Under the pieces are notes generated by a model. It ran no database searches. It was not told the DNA's origin and worked only from the letters and a program-made list of their open reading frames with translations. A program made the position numbers and the translations under genes. A DNA stretch of 63,938 nucleotides, filler included, from Thelocarpon superellum (Eukaryota), in NCBI GenBank assembly GCA_026025795.1. It is 7 parts of 7 records of this genome, joined end to end, with 100 filler letters (N's around TTAATTAATTAA, not from the genome) between each part and the next. Parts side by side here need not be neighbours in the genome. Positions count along the whole stretch, not along the records: positions 19,023 to 28,412 come from JAPEUG010000570.1; positions 28,513 to 37,889 come from JAPEUG010000571.1; 5 more parts are not named here. One strand, given 5' to 3'. How positions within the stretch are numbered: position 1 is the stretch's first letter; each line of letters begins with the position of its first letter. Positions 25,131 through 37,520 of the stretch are shown here, one piece after another.

Positions 25131-26801
25131 CTAGGTCGCAGCGTCGATACCAATTTCAAGCAGAGCCTGGATGAGTTCTCGTTTCTGCGCCTCGCCTTTC
25201 ACCATGCACAGCGCTGTGGCCATGATGACTGTATTGAGTTTGTCGCGTGTGTCTGAGGCTTGCTTTTCCGTGTTGGTGGCGCGAGGTTTGTCAGACGAGA
25301 TGGGCGTGTGTGTTTCTGAGCCGGTCGTCATCGTCGTCGTCGTGGGCGAGAGGTATGCGTTCTCCTTTTCTTTCTCCTGTTCCCTGTCTGCCTCTTTTTC
25401 CTTGTCCGTCTGCATATCCTTGTCCTTGTCCCTGTCCTTGTCCTTGTCCTTGTCCTTGTCCTTGTCCTTGTCCTTGTCCTTGTCCTTGTCCTTGTCCTTG
25501 TCCGTGACCTTCTCTCTCTCCTCCCGCGCATCCTTCTCCTTCTCACTCTCCTTCTCAGAGTAATGGTCAACGCTAGGAGGTCGAGCAGTTGCGGAGGTGG
25601 AGGGAGAGGCGGATGTCGACATGCATCTGGCGACCTGGTCTACTACATCCTCAAGTACCTCTAGCCGTCCAGCCTTTTCTTTTGAAGGAAGACAGGTGAA
25701 GATGGCGACGCAGACGCGCTCCACATCTTGCGGCGCGGACGAGGTCGCCGTCCCATGGCGCGGGAGGAAGGCAATCAGTTTCAGATGGTTGAAGCGCTGG
25801 GTGTGCTGGTAAAATCGACCGTTGTTTCGCGCCCTGCGCGTACCTGTCCAGAGGAAGGCGGTGCCGCGGTACGTGAACTCATAATTGCGCGGGCGCAGGG
25901 AGATGGGCGATGTCCAGCGGAGTTGGATCACTTCGGCTGGCACGATGGGCGTCGGTGGGGGGATGGGCTTCTCGTCGGTGTTCGGAGAAGCGAGGCTATG
26001 CCGTCGCGCTTTCATCGCCGCTCGGTGAAACTCCTTCCCGCTCTCGCCAGCGAAGCGTCTCGTGCGGAGGCCGTAGCCTCTCAGCGTCCCATTTTTACCG
26101 CGTTTGGTGCCGTACGTGGCGCTGACGACGCCCCGGCCATCGATCACGTCGTCGCTCGCGAGCCGATCGTCCAGCTCGATCCGCCAGCGGCGCCAGAACC
26201 ATGAGGTGTGGACCAGACACACGGTCGGTGCCTTCTTCGTGCCCCCCCGCCGGAGCGTCGTAGGCGGCATGCGGAAATACAGCTTCGGCTTGTGCAGGTG
26301 GTAAGGCGCGTCCGCGGCGCGGGGGTCTATCCAGGGTCGACGGGCAAGCCATTTTTTCCTGACGTATCGTGGTCCGTCTGGATTCACTGGCCGGGCTTGC
26401 CAGAGACACCTATTGACACCTAGCATGCGCAAGAGGTGGCTGGGCCTCGCGTTCCGTAGTTTCGGTGCATCGATGTAGTCCGGTGCGTCGGGATCATCCA
26501 CCTGGACCATGGGAATCTCCTTGGCCGGTACGGTGTGGATGGCGAACCCGCCGGCTTCGCCCTGATGGTAAATGTGGTAGGTAGTGGAGAGATGGCCGCG
26601 TCCATCCGGGCCGTCATCGATCGTGCCGACCGTCGAGGCCGAGACCAAGACACCGTCTGTCCCGTCACCGACACGCTCCTCCGCCTTCTCGTCGTGAGTT
26701 TCGTGCAGCGATAGTCGCAGCAGAGGCTTGTCAAGGTCGCCGATGGTAGGCTGGCCTTGGACCTGCGGCCCGTCCATGTGCGAAGCAGCTCCTAGCGCCA
26801 T
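25131..26801 (-). CDS. Hypothetical protein with an internal (DK)n low-complexity tract
   Basis: 556-aa uninterrupted ORF with protein-like composition (YEFTYRGTAFLWTG, FNHLKL, VIMATALCMV). No family recognised. Confidence 0.7.
   Translation of the reverse strand: MALGAASHMDGPQVQGQPTIGDLDKPLLRLSLHETHDEKAEERVGDGTDGVLVSASTVGTIDDGPDGRGHLSTTYHIYHQGEAGGFAIHTVPAKEIPMVQVDDPDAPDYIDAPKLRNARPSHLLRMLGVNRCLWQARPVNPDGPRYVRKKWLARRPWIDPRAADAPYHLHKPKLYFRMPPTTLRRGGTKKAPTVCLVHTSWFWRRWRIELDDRLASDDVIDGRGVVSATYGTKRGKNGTLRGYGLRTRRFAGESGKEFHRAAMKARRHSLASPNTDEKPIPPPTPIVPAEVIQLRWTSPISLRPRNYEFTYRGTAFLWTGTRRARNNGRFYQHTQRFNHLKLIAFLPRHGTATSSAPQDVERVCVAIFTCLPSKEKAGRLEVLEDVVDQVARCMSTSASPSTSATARPPSVDHYSEKESEKEKDAREEREKVTDKDKDKDKDKDKDKDKDKDKDKDRDKDKDMQTDKEKEADREQEKEKENAYLSPTTTTMTTGSETHTPISSDKPRATNTEKQASDTRDKLNTVIMATALCMVKGEAQKRELIQALLEIGIDAAT
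25419..25503. repeat. (GACAAG)n coding microsatellite encoding a DK repeat
   Basis: About 14 near-perfect CTTGTC copies on the plus strand. Confidence 0.95.
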
Positions 26802-27539
26802 CTTGATGCATCACACAGTGATGGCGGAGGGAGAAGAGGAGAGGAAATGGTCGATGATATGCTCAAGTCAAGCTTCACGGCCCGGGATATCCACACCTGG
26901 CGGTGCAGAAGGGGATGCACGATGATGCGTGCGTCCTGGCATGGGGACCGTCGGAGCGCTCGAGGATATCGCCGTCTCGAGAAATGCAAAGCATCGGAGG
27001 CGGTCAAGCCCCATGACCTCCGAGTGCTGGACGGAATCCTCTCCAATCTCACGGCCCGCCTCGGTTCAGAGCAGCAGTCCATCTGGCGCTGATCGACGGC
27101 ACTTTCCAGCCTGTCACAACGTCCTGATCACATTGTGAACGGGGCGGAGCACCTGGCTCCCAAGCTATGCTGCAAGGCTGGAGGCTGAGTCGGGGCCCGC
27201 CCAGTTAACGTAGCTTAACGAGGTCACTAAGCTAGACCTCCCGCTGCGGCACTCAAAGGGCGTGGGAGGGCTCCAGTAGCGAATACGAACGGCGGAGTCC
27301 CCCGTCCTGCTAAGCTTCCCGACGTGACCGAGGGACGAGTTCTACGCGATGATTGGTGGATCCGACTCCCTCGTCGGGACAGAGCCTCTCCATCTTCGAT
27401 CTCCCGCCTACACATGTCGACGGGGACGGGCGATGCCGGGGTGAAGTTCACCCGGCCTTGGCATCTCCAACCACCGCCCGGGAGGTTGTGATGAGTCCTA
27501 GACCACGCCCGACTTGTGGTGAGCGGTCTTTCATCGCTC

Positions 27540-27629
27540 TGTAGGAATCAGAGCTGAATTGCTAATCTACGCGTAGTCGGGATAGTGATAGGAGTGGACA
27601 CGTGATCAAGTCACGTGCGCGCTCCTACA
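27540..27629 (+). mobile_element. Short dispersed TG...CA element (solo-LTR/TRIM/MITE-like), copy 1
   Basis: Ends TGTAGGA...TCCTACA, flanked by a 4-bp direct repeat GCTC. Reverse complement of 61211-61301 with 7 substitutions and 1 indel. Confidence 0.75.
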
Positions 27630-28412
27630 GCTCAATGGTTCTTGGGCATCTCCGGCCTGCTCAACGTGTCGTGCTCCCCGCCCGGCGACACAGCCCCGTT
27701 CGCATGGAGCTTGGTGACGGAGGCAGGGTGTCGTTCTTGAAGTCGGCTTGTCATCATAGAGGCCTGATCTCGTTACATGTGTCGAGCCAATCTCGTAGAC
27801 CTTCAACGGCGCTGGGCGTCTCTCGCTCCGCGCTCCGCGTCCTCGCTTTCGCCACGCCATAGCTTATCATCCCGTGGCCGAGTTCCGACTCCCTCGACGG
27901 CAACTTTGCAGCCTTCTCCGGCAGGTCCAGCCCGTTCCTCTCATCCACTCATCTAAGTGGTGGTTGCTTGGAACGCTTCAGGATATTGTAGTGCTAGTAC
28001 CCTTGCTGGACTCGAACCGGATACCGGGAGTCCTGGCTAAGAGAAAAAGGCCAATCCGACAGAATGGCTTGCTCGGTAATGTGCTGCCCACGGAGCTAGC
28101 TGTCCTCGATGTGGAAAAGGGTGGAAGTGCGTCCGTGGTGCATGTGTACGCAGGTCGAGGGAGGTATGCGGGTTTGAGATGCTTCCTTTGTAGACGCCAA
28201 CGATATGAACACCCATGCCCACAATGCACGGTGGCAACCAATCAAACCAGCCGCTCAACCACACTCCCACGGTCCCACGCTCCCGTGCTGACAAGCTACT
28301 GCGATCCATCCTGATCATGCGACCGCCATCTCACGGACTGAGTGCTTCATCGCCGAGATCCCACTTCCGCGTGGTCAGTTTCCTACCGTCAACCTCTCGT
28401 GAGCTTCATGCC

Positions 28413-28512
28413 NNNNNNNNNNNNNNNNNNNNNNNNNNNNNNNNNNNNNNNNNNNNTTAATTAATTAANNNNNNNNNNNNNNNNNNNNNNNNNNNNNNNN
28501 NNNNNNNNNNNN
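28413..28512. other. Artificial contig linker
   Basis: N44-TTAATTAATTAA-N44. Confidence 0.98.
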
Positions 28513-28516
28513 CGCC

Positions 28517-29946
28517 ATGGCAGCGCCACGTCTGCCATTCCTGTATCCGCATCTCTTTCGAGTACCCGCACGTGCGGCCTCGGTGCTCTCTCCACGACCA
28601 ACCGGCTCGGCCTCTCCACGACGAAGACGAAGCGGCGTCACGCCGTGCAACACCGCGTCTTTCCAGACCGCGCCCCGACGGTCTCAGCAGGCCTTTGCAC
28701 CACGACATGGTACCGGCGTGCAGCCGCAGATCCAGCCCCAGCCTCAATCTGAGCCTCAGCCCACAGCGTCTGTCGAGACAAGCACAGAGGTGCATGGCAA
28801 GGACAAGGACGCGGATCAAGTCCAGTCGCGCGATGGATCTTCGGCGGGGGGGAAGAGGGTGAAGGGCGCACCGAAGGCTGAGGAGAAGAAACATAGCGGC
28901 GCGAGGAAGAGAGATGTGGGCGAGCAGAAGTGTCTGGTTGCGCCACCTGCAAACGCTTCCTCTTCGTCTCCATCCTCACTCTCCTCCGCCGCCTCGACGC
29001 CGTCTTCATCCTCAGCAAACCCACCCGGCGACAATCCCGGTCCCCTCGACACCGTCCTCCACATGAACGCGCCCTCATCTCTCGCCAGCGAAACGCACAA
29101 GCCACCGCATCTCCACGCACCACCCTACGTCCATCACTTCGACACCTACACGCTCGTGCGCGATCTGGAAAGAGGCGGCTTCACGCAGGATCAGAGCGTG
29201 ACGGCGATGAAAGCCGTGCGGGGACTCCTGGCGTTGAATCTCGACGTAGCCAAGGAGGAACTGGTCTCGAAGAGCGACGTTGAGAATGTATGACCTCACC
29301 GTCATGCACTTCATGCCCCGTCCCCACCCTCTGGGCGACCTGCCCCACATGGAATAGGTTCACTGACTGAACGCCGATGACAAAGGAAACCTATCTGTTC
29401 CGCGCAGCGTGCAGCGAGCTGCGGACCGAGGTGCAGAACAACCGCAAAGCGGCGTCGGTGGAGATGCGGACGGAGCGGACGCAACTGCAGAACGAAGTGG
29501 ACATCCTGGCGCAACGCACGACGCAAGAGACACTATCGCTCAAGGACGAGCTGAAGGGGATGTTCGACGACCGGCGGATGAGCGTGCGGATGGAACAGCG
29601 AACGATGGACTCGGCCATCCAGGAGCTGAACTACAAGATCACCGTGTCGCTGAACAGCGACATGAAGTCCGAGGTCGAGGGCCTCCGATGGGTGCTCACG
29701 CGCCGAGCGGCCCTCGCCATCGCCACCATGGCGTTTTTGATCCTGGGCAGTCTCAGGTATACGAGCTATCAGATCCATCTGTTGGATTTGGCCAAGGAGC
29801 AGGGGAAGGGATCGGGTAATCTCGCTGCGCGGGGCGGCGGGGTGGGTACGGTGCCGTTGGGAGGGGAAGGGGGAGGAGGGGGATCAAGTGTGGCAAAGGA
29901 CAAGGAAGGTGCAGGACAAGATTACGAGTCCGAGTCCTTGGGGTAG
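28517..29946 (+). CDS. Mitochondrial DUF1640/CCDC90-family coiled-coil membrane protein (Fmp32/Put6/Put7-like)
   Basis: Presequence-like N-terminus, HHFDTY.LV..LE.GGF, ETYLFRAACSELRTE, coiled coil and a C-terminal TM. Intron about 29288-29385. Confidence 0.85.
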
Positions 29947-30005
29947 GTAGGCAGGCAGGTAGGTCAGACCCGACATTATGTTGAGAGAGCTAGCCATCTA
30001 TCCGT

Positions 30006-31486
30006 CTATTTTCCGACCCCGTTGCTCCCATCCTCTCCTTCTCCATGGAGATCAGAATGAGGATGAGAGTGAGGTTGAGAGGAGGAAGAGACAAAATCAG
30101 CCCACGTATTGGCAAGATCCCGCATGGGCCCAACGCCAGCCAGCGAAGCATCCACCACGTCTTTCGGCAGCTTGTGCGCGCTGTATTGTGGCGTGTTGAA
30201 GGTGTAGCTCTCTGGGTCTGTGTTTCGGATCAGTCGGATCTCGTACCTCCCTTCCACCTCTCCTCCTCCCTCTTCTCCCTCTTGTTCGCCGCCTCTCTCT
30301 CCTGTCCCAAGTGACTCTGACTCCGCGTCTGACTCCGACTCTGACGCCGACTCACCCTCCGTCTCCGCACCGGGCGATGACGACAACAGCTCCATCCACG
30401 AAAAAAGCACAGGATCAGTAGACGAAGCACACGGGTTGACATCCACGAGCCACACGCGCGTATACGGCTCGGGGAAGTACACATCGAAGACGAAGTCGGG
30501 CTCGGGGAAACTGTGCCTCAAGTGGGTTTCGAAAAAGGCGGAGACGTGCGAGCGGATGGTAGGACGCATGTCGAACAGGAAGGCGTAGTGGTTCAGATCC
30601 CGTTGGCAGACGCCTCGGAGCCGCCGGCCGAGCACGAAACAGCGGAACTCGAGCGAGGGCGCCATCTCGATCCACTTCCGCAGCGTGAGGGTGTAGGTTA
30701 TGGGGGGATCGTTTGGTTCTCCTGCTCTCCTTGACCCGGCTTCGCCTTCGTTGCGCACCCCTGTTCCTTGTGCTTCATCCTCTCCCTCCGTGACGCAATC
30801 AAAGGCATATTCCAAATCATGCGTCACGAAATCCGAACTCTTGAGCAAGAGATAGACGTCGGAAGGGGAGGTGCACATCATGGAATTCGTGGCCGCGATC
30901 CAGGTCGCGTCTTTCGGCGCCGACCAGTTCATCTTCGGCGCCACCTGGCCGCCCAGCTCGGCAATGGCGTTGCGGATCTGAATGTGCACGTCGCGGAAGT
31001 GGAGGGAGGGGTCTAGCAGCGTCTCGACGGACGAGCTGGCGGAGGAGTTTGACGAGGTGGACGCGTGTGAGCCCTGGTCCGCCGAGTAGATCCCGCTGTC
31101 TTGATCCGTCCATTCGTTGGGGGTCGTGCTGGATATGGGTAGGGAGGCGTGAGTGTCCACTACCTCGTCGCTGTCGTGGTCGTTGTCGTCATCTTCGGGC
31201 AGGACGATCCCGTCGGCGCGGAGATAGTCCAGAAATGCCGGCGTGAGCGGGATCAGTCGTGCTTTGGGCGTGAGCTTGCGGTATCTGGGGTACACGGTCA
31301 GGACTCGTCCGATCAGATCGTCATGTCTTCATGAAGCGTGGAAGGCGTCAACAGGGGGGAGGGAAGCCTACAGAGAATACCAATATGCATACGAACAGTG
31401 CAGGATGTGGGACGGTCGAATGGGTGGAAAGGGTAGTTTGGTCATGGGGGTGGCGTCGTCGCTTTCTGGGACCGCTTGCCGGCCCC

Positions 31487-31521
<35 letters not shown>

Positions 31522-31559
31522 CGCTCTGGCTCCTGTTCCCGCTCCTCGGTGATGGGCAT
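30006..31559 (-). CDS. CDC123: Cell division cycle protein 123 (D123 family)
   Basis: HILHCSY..W, FLDYLRADGIVLP, PKMNWSAPKDATWI, LLKSSDFVTHDL, EFRCFV, QRDLNHY and WLVDVNP. One intron about 31370-31287. Confidence 0.93.
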
Positions 31560-31739
31560 CTTACTTGCGGTGGATGGGTGAGGAAGGTCTCGCAAAGCGA
31601 CATCGAAGACTTACGGTTATGTGGCGGGGGCGAAATATGATGAAAGTACGGAGACTTTTGATGGTGGGGGTTGCATGACTCTTCCACTTACGGCTGCCGT
31701 CTGCCGTCTAACTCTGCCGCTCCCGCTGCCGCTGCAGCT

Positions 31740-31818
31740 GCCTCTGCATCTGCCTCTGCATCTGCCTCTGCCTCTGCCTCTGCCTCTGCCTCTGCCTCTG
31801 CCTCTGCCTCTGCCTCTG
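31740..31818. repeat. (GCCTCT)n intergenic microsatellite
   Basis: About 13 hexamer copies with a few GCATCT variants. Confidence 0.95.
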
Positions 31819-32108
31819 CTCGTGGCAAATGCTCGGCACTGCTCTCTTACAAGGTATGTGTTATCACTACCATCCCAAGTATGTGCTCATGAAACCCCAC
31901 GACAACCCACAACAATTCACGGCGATCCATACCCATACTCCGTCTGACATTCGCAAATCCATATTCCTCCTCAGACCCACAATCCACAATCCACAACCCG
32001 CAACCACATTATCGCTAATTAGTCAGATCACCACCTTATGCAAAGCCATGTCTCCCTCTCCTGGCGCCTTGCCCACCGTCCTGACGTCTGTCCCTTCGCG
32101 CGTCCTCA

Positions 32109-32714
32109 TCAGCAGCCGTACTGAATCTTCAAGCCCATCTCAGTGGGCCCCGGCGTAGGATGCTCCTGAAACTCCACAAAGCCCGCGGGTACCGATCCCG
32201 AATTCAGTTCCCATTGCTCAAAGACTTGCACAAAGTAGTTCAGCGTCGGGGCGCATCCCTCGCTGTTGACGGTGCCGCTGGTGCCTGCCACCGGGTTGAA
32301 GCTGCCGAAGAGAAAGGTCGGCGTGGGCGCATTGCCCCAGGTGTCGTTGGGCGTGATATTCGACGACGTCTTGTACACTTGGAGTTGACTGTGTCCGCTG
32401 GCCGAGATCAGGGCGTTGGGCGGGAAGATGTACTCGAGCTGACACGGACCTCCGGCGCCCGGGGGGATTTGGAACTGCACCTCTGCCACGCGATAGGCCT
32501 TGTCGTTGGGGTCGGCAAAGGTGCTGATGAAGTTGACCGGGCCTTGCGCCCCATTGGGCGATCGACTATCGATCCAGGAGATGTAGGATGGATACACCGT
32601 CGTGCCACATCGTCGCTCGACGGGCGACGCCGGCGAGTCGGCCACCTGCAGGGCAGGCAGAGCCGTCACGGCATTGAGGATGGCCGCACCAACAAGAAGG
32701 AATTGGGAATGCAT
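32109..32714 (-). CDS. Secreted protein with a But2-C-terminal-like domain
   Basis: Signal peptide and Kex2-like ERR site. QFQIP..CQLEYIFP..TWGNAP..C pattern. TATAAA at 32845-32840. Confidence 0.65.
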   Translation of the reverse strand: MHSQFLLVGAAILNAVTALPALQVADSPASPVERRCGTTVYPSYISWIDSRSPNGAQGPVNFISTFADPNDKAYRVAEVQFQIPPGAGGPCQLEYIFPPNALISASGHSQLQVYKTSSNITPNDTWGNAPTPTFLFGSFNPVAGTSGTVNSEGCAPTLNYFVQVFEQWELNSGSVPAGFVEFQEHPTPGPTEMGLKIQYGC

Positions 32715-33997
32715 CTTGAGTGCTGTTCGGGACGAGGAACAAGACGTGGAGCGGAGGTCAAGGAAGACAGATGTGGTCAGGGATTATCTCAAGAAAAGGC
32801 AGCTGCACATCCCCTGACGTGAGGGGGACATGCCCCGGCTTTATAGCCCTCATGCCCGCCACGCGGAGAGCGGAGTGGGGTGCGGACCGCACGACGCCGT
32901 GGCGGAACGGCCGGAGGGAGCCAGCGATGAAGGCATGGCTGAGCAGCACCTGCTCGTCCCGCCTGATGCGTGAGCCAAGACGGTCGGCCTCTTGGTGGCC
33001 GGTTAGCCATGGAACCCTGCCATGCAGGCCAGTTCAGCCATCGTCTATATTCGGAACCAGCAAGCAATGAGGTGCAGACGCCACCTCATGGTCCCTGATG
33101 GCGGGGAGGCGATCCGTGCGACATGACGAGACCGCTGACTCGCCCGATGACTGGCGCGCCGGGCGAGACGGGAAAGACGCACGACGTGCATGGTGGCAGC
33201 CGAGATGGAGGAGCTGGACCGGGCCCGCGTCGCTTACCTCCATCCCAGCCTTGCATACCACGACGAGGCCCCGGCGTCCAGCAAACCCACCAGGTCAGTC
33301 TGACTACGCACTGACACCTCGCCATCACACCCTGTCCCGGTCGGTCGGTCGAACCGAGCGCCGGCCGCCAGGGAATGTGGCGCGGGTGATTGGAATGTTC
33401 CGTGGGGCGGCTTCCATCGCTCCATTCCCGAGGGGTTGGATGCGTGATGCGTGGATGGTTGGATGGATGGGCTATGAGTCGCTTGCGAGCTCGGCGATGA
33501 TTTAGCGATGCGACGTTGCGTCGGGGCTGGAAGCCCAGAGTGCTGGACCAAGACCGAGCCAGCGACCTCTTGGTCAGCTCGATTGTGAATCCACCCGAAC
33601 CAAATCGCCACAGCTATGGACTACGAGGTTGGGCGGTGCGTGGCGTCGTGTACGGGCGTACCGCATGGTAGATGGGTGATCGAAGATGCTGCCCAGTCCT
33701 CGCCCGACCTATCCGTACGTGAGGACGCTCCCACCTCCCTCGCAGTGGGAAACCCGCCCGGCTGGTTATTGTACCACGGCCGAAACGTTATGTAAGACCG
33801 CTGCTCGCCGCGCTAACTTCATCGTCGAACGTCGCAACTTGGGGCGAAACGCACAGTACCACATCCAGCCTAGGGTCCGACCGCCTCATTGGACCCGCAG
33901 ACATCGCTGACGCCGCACTGCGCTACCTTGAAGGCATCGTTGTTCAGCTCCTCCACCACCGAGTTGATTCCCACCACCCTCGCGCCCTCCCCCCGTC

Positions 33998-34562
33998 ATG
34001 TCCTCCAATGTCGGCCTGTCCACCCCGCGTGGCTCCGGCACCTCCGGCTACGTGCAGCGCAACCTCTCGAACCTACGGCCCCGCGACAACGCCGCCCCGT
34101 ATCCGCGTGACTTTGACAGCATCAAGCACCGTCAGCGCCAACCCGACCGCGCCATCCTCGACCACGACCGAAAGCGAGAGGTGGAGGTCAAAGTCTTTGA
34201 ACTGCAAGACAAGCTCGAGGATGAGGGGTGAGTCGCTCCACTGCCTCCCGCCTCTGGCCCACCATCCGTCACCAGTCGTCGCGCTAACCAAGACCGGTCA
34301 CAGGGTCGACGAGGACGAGATCGAGGCGCAGACCTTGGCGCTGCGAAAGAGATTGCTGGCAGAGAATGAGAAGACGGGCCCTGACCGGAGCGGCAAGGGA
34401 TTGAAACCCCACCAGGTGCATGAGCTGGCCGAGGCCAAGATCGAGGAGAGTGAGAAGCTGCGCCGTGCCTTGGGCATCAGCGCCGACTATGAGGAGGGCA
34501 GCCACTGGCGCAAAGCAGAGGAGCGCTTACGAGACGCAGACGCCAGCCGGGACAAGGCATGA
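33998..34562 (+). CDS. CWC21: Pre-mRNA splicing factor Cwc21
   Basis: MSSNVGLSTPRGSGTSGYVQRN and ILDHDRKREVEVK. Intron 34229-34303. Confidence 0.95.
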
Positions 34563-34757
34563 GCGCCCTTCCACCTTTGTTCATGGCATCATACTGGCGT
34601 TGGGACCGCATGGCTGGCGAACTGGCTCACGGGCTCTTGCATGAGATGGTCGTGAGATACCCGCAGGAGCCCTGGATCGGAGTAGACAGCACTGTATCTC
34701 ATACATGACGCCTCCAATCGATCCAGATGATGGCAGAAATACACGCGCCACGTCTCC

Positions 34758-35633
34758 TCACAGCTTGTGCCTTTTCTCGCCACTGGCAATCTTCCGGAAC
34801 TCTTCCTGTGGGATGCCGGCGGCGAAGCGCTCCAGTCCCCCAAACACCTCGGCCACATTCTGCGTCTCCAGCACCTCCCGCTCAGGTTTCCGGATCAACG
34901 CCTTGATCTTCAACAGGCTCGCGCTGTTGAGGTGGTCCCCCAGCCGGTCGTGGATCTCGTGCATGACGGCCTCACGGAACTTGACGTCGTCATTGCCCGT
35001 ATCGATGACCTTGTTGACGAAACCCGCCTGCGCCAACTCGCTCGCCGTGATGCGCTTCGACATGATCAGCGCCTCGTTGGCCTTGCTGATGCCCAGCCGC
35101 TGCACGAAGCTGTAGCTGGCTCCGCCCTCCGTCACCAGGCCCAACGAGCTGAAGGGCGTCAGGAGGAAGGTGTGGGGCATGGCGTAGATGAAGTCCGACA
35201 TGGCGATCAACGCCGCCGTGAGACCAACCACCGGCCCATTCAGCCCCGTCACCAAGATCTTGGGATGCGTGTAGAAGGCCCGCGTGACATCGAGGTTGTT
35301 GGCGCTGAACGCGCGAAGCCAGTATCGGCGCTCGTCCTCGCCTGCCGGCACCCCCCGTCCGCCCGTCACATCGGCACCGCTGGAGCATAGAGACACATCA
35401 GCCGGAGGCTCTCATCGACCCTCGACGTCATCAGGAACGTACGCCGAGAAGAAACGCCCCTTGCCGATGAAGAGGGTGACGTAGACCTCATCATGCGTGC
35501 TAATCTCCCGCAGCAAGTTGGCGATGTGGTAGTAGAGGTCCGGGCTCAGCGCATTGAGCTTCTTCTCGTTGCACAGCGTGATGACGGCAACCCGGCCTTG
35601 GTACTCCAGCGTGATGGAATCCGTGGCCGACAT
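34758..35633 (-). CDS. ECI1: Peroxisomal Delta3,Delta2-enoyl-CoA isomerase (crotonase family)
   Basis: GRFFSA|GADV, LNGPVVG and TPFSSLGLVTEGG. C-terminal PTS1-like HKL. One intron about 35441-35380. Confidence 0.88.
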
Positions 35634-35843
35634 CGTGGGGGCAGAGGACAAGGAGAGCGGCGCCGAGCGTACATAAGATCAGGGTGGAGGAAGCTCTGAC
35701 ATGAGACCGGGAGCACGTCTGTTCGCTGTCCGTGCCGGGCAAATGCCGAGAGCTGTTCTCGACCTGCCACGCTGCCCCCACCGCTGAACCTCGGCTCAGT
35801 GCCGGATTACTTCCTGCCATGTGGGCATTGGGTATGGATATGA

Positions 35844-35880
35844 TGAGTCAGCAACATCCCGGCAATGCAGATCACGTGAT
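35844..35880. promoter_or_regulatory. TGAGTCA (Gcn4/CpcA-type) and ATCACGTGAT (Cbf1/bHLH-type) motifs in the ECI1/PET100 divergent promoter
   Basis: Exact motif matches at 35844-35850 and 35871-35880. Function is not shown by sequence alone. Confidence 0.35.
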
Positions 35881-36027
35881 GTCGCGATGCACTAGCGCAT
35901 CATCAGTCAGTCGAGTCTAGACATTGCACGAACGCGGCGGCACGGGCGTCTCTGCAGAAGCCGTACGAGGACGAGCGCGCGCCTTTCCCAACCACCGCCA
36001 CAACGTTCAGCCAGAGACAAGCACAGC

Positions 36028-36362
36028 ATGGGGGGTCCTAATCTCGAGGTCTTCAAGGTCTGCAGATTCGACACACTCCACCCTGCCGAAAATTCGCCGA
36101 CCTGACTGACATCCGACCTCAGTTTGGCATGTACATCATGTTCCCCATCGCCATCATGTACTACTTCGGCACCAACCTTGACCGGCGCTTCTCCGTCCCC
36201 GACTTCTGGCCAGCTCCCGACACGACGCACAAGATCCCCTTTGAGCGAGACGACATCAACAGTGAGCTTGAACGGCTCAAGCACCAACGATTGCAGCGGA
36301 GAGCCAAACGACTCGAAGCGCAGGAGCAGGGGCAGGATGGAGGTCAAGGGGACCGGGCGTAG
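36028..36362 (+). CDS. PET100: Cytochrome c oxidase assembly factor Pet100
   Basis: MGGPNLEVFK|FGMYIMFPIAIMYYFG. Intron 36058-36122. Confidence 0.9.
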
Positions 36363-36533
36363 GTGATGAGACATGCATGGCATGATGGGCGTTGATCATG
36401 TTTGGAAGAGGCGGAAAGGAGTCAAGCATACTTCACATCATCGGGAACGTTACGCGGAGATTCATTCCTTGCGTGGTGCATTGAAAGGCCGTTCTTCTGG
36501 CTCGAGGCATGTACCGCGTTAGCAAGCGCGTGT

Positions 36534-37520
36534 CTATATAGGCGCTGCAACGTTGCTATAAACATGCTGCACGGTGGAATCATCTTCAAGCTCCGAGATC
36601 AGGAGATTCAACGCTTCACGATCCGTCGAGGATTCGAGCGGCACCTTGCATTCATCCTTGCATTCCCACTGCAAGTGGGAGCCAACGACCGTCAGCCGTA
36701 GTGCACTGGCCAAGGATGATGCTGTCGCCGTGAGACGGTCCGCAGCACACTGAATCTACCTCGGCGTTAATTGAAATCACGATGATCCCGTCTACGTGCA
36801 CCTACCGCTAGATTGCCATCGTCATCCTGCTCAACGTCATCGGCGCCCGCGTCAATCACCTCTTCGAGGACGTCGTCCGGAGCGAGCGCTCGTGCATCTT
36901 TCTCCAAGATGATGACGCCCTTTTTCTCGAACATGTATGCCGTGGCGCTGGGGACTGCGCCGTGCTGCTTCAGCACGAAGCGGAGATCGTTCAAGGTGCG
37001 GCCCTTGCTGTCCGTTTCGCACTCGACCAAGAGCGCCACACCGGAAGCCGGGAGAATGGCCTCGAGCAGCAGCGACTCCAAGGGCTCGCCGGTCGAAGTG
37101 ATGCCTTGGCCTCTCGCGATGGCGGACTCGATCGAGGCTTTGGGGAAGCCGGCTGGGAGACCTCAGCAGTGTTCTCGCTGCCTGAGACCATCCAGTCCTA
37201 CCTTTTTTCGCCGTCGCTAGCGCCGTCGCGAGCCGCGGGTTGTTCTGTGCATCCGGCCCATTACACCGCGAGGCGAGCATCAGCTCTTGGGACAGAGCGG
37301 AGCGCTGCCGGTTCTTGGCAGCATCATTTTTCCCCTTGTCATGCTTAATGGTTGACCAGCGACTATGACCTGAGGCCAACGGCACGGTACTCGACATAGA
37401 CCGACGTCCACGGTTGCGAGAGAAATTGGACCATGGCCGCACGAATAGGTTTCGACAGGAACATCGAAGACAGCAGACGAGATGGGGGGCTCGATGATGG
37501 ACGAGATGTTGTGCGAGCAT
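36534..37520 (-). CDS. Mitochondrial YebC/TACO1-family (DUF28) protein
   Basis: Presequence followed by SGHSRWSTIKHDKG..D, NPRLA, LLVECETD and YMFEKKG; ends VYSNVAAPI*. Two introns. An alternative upstream ATG lies at 37580. Confidence 0.88.

Noticed and set aside
28008..28020. Perfect B-box GGTTCGAGTCC on the minus strand suggesting a tRNA
   Set aside because: The T-stem pairs poorly, and I could not build an acceptor stem or cloverleaf around it.
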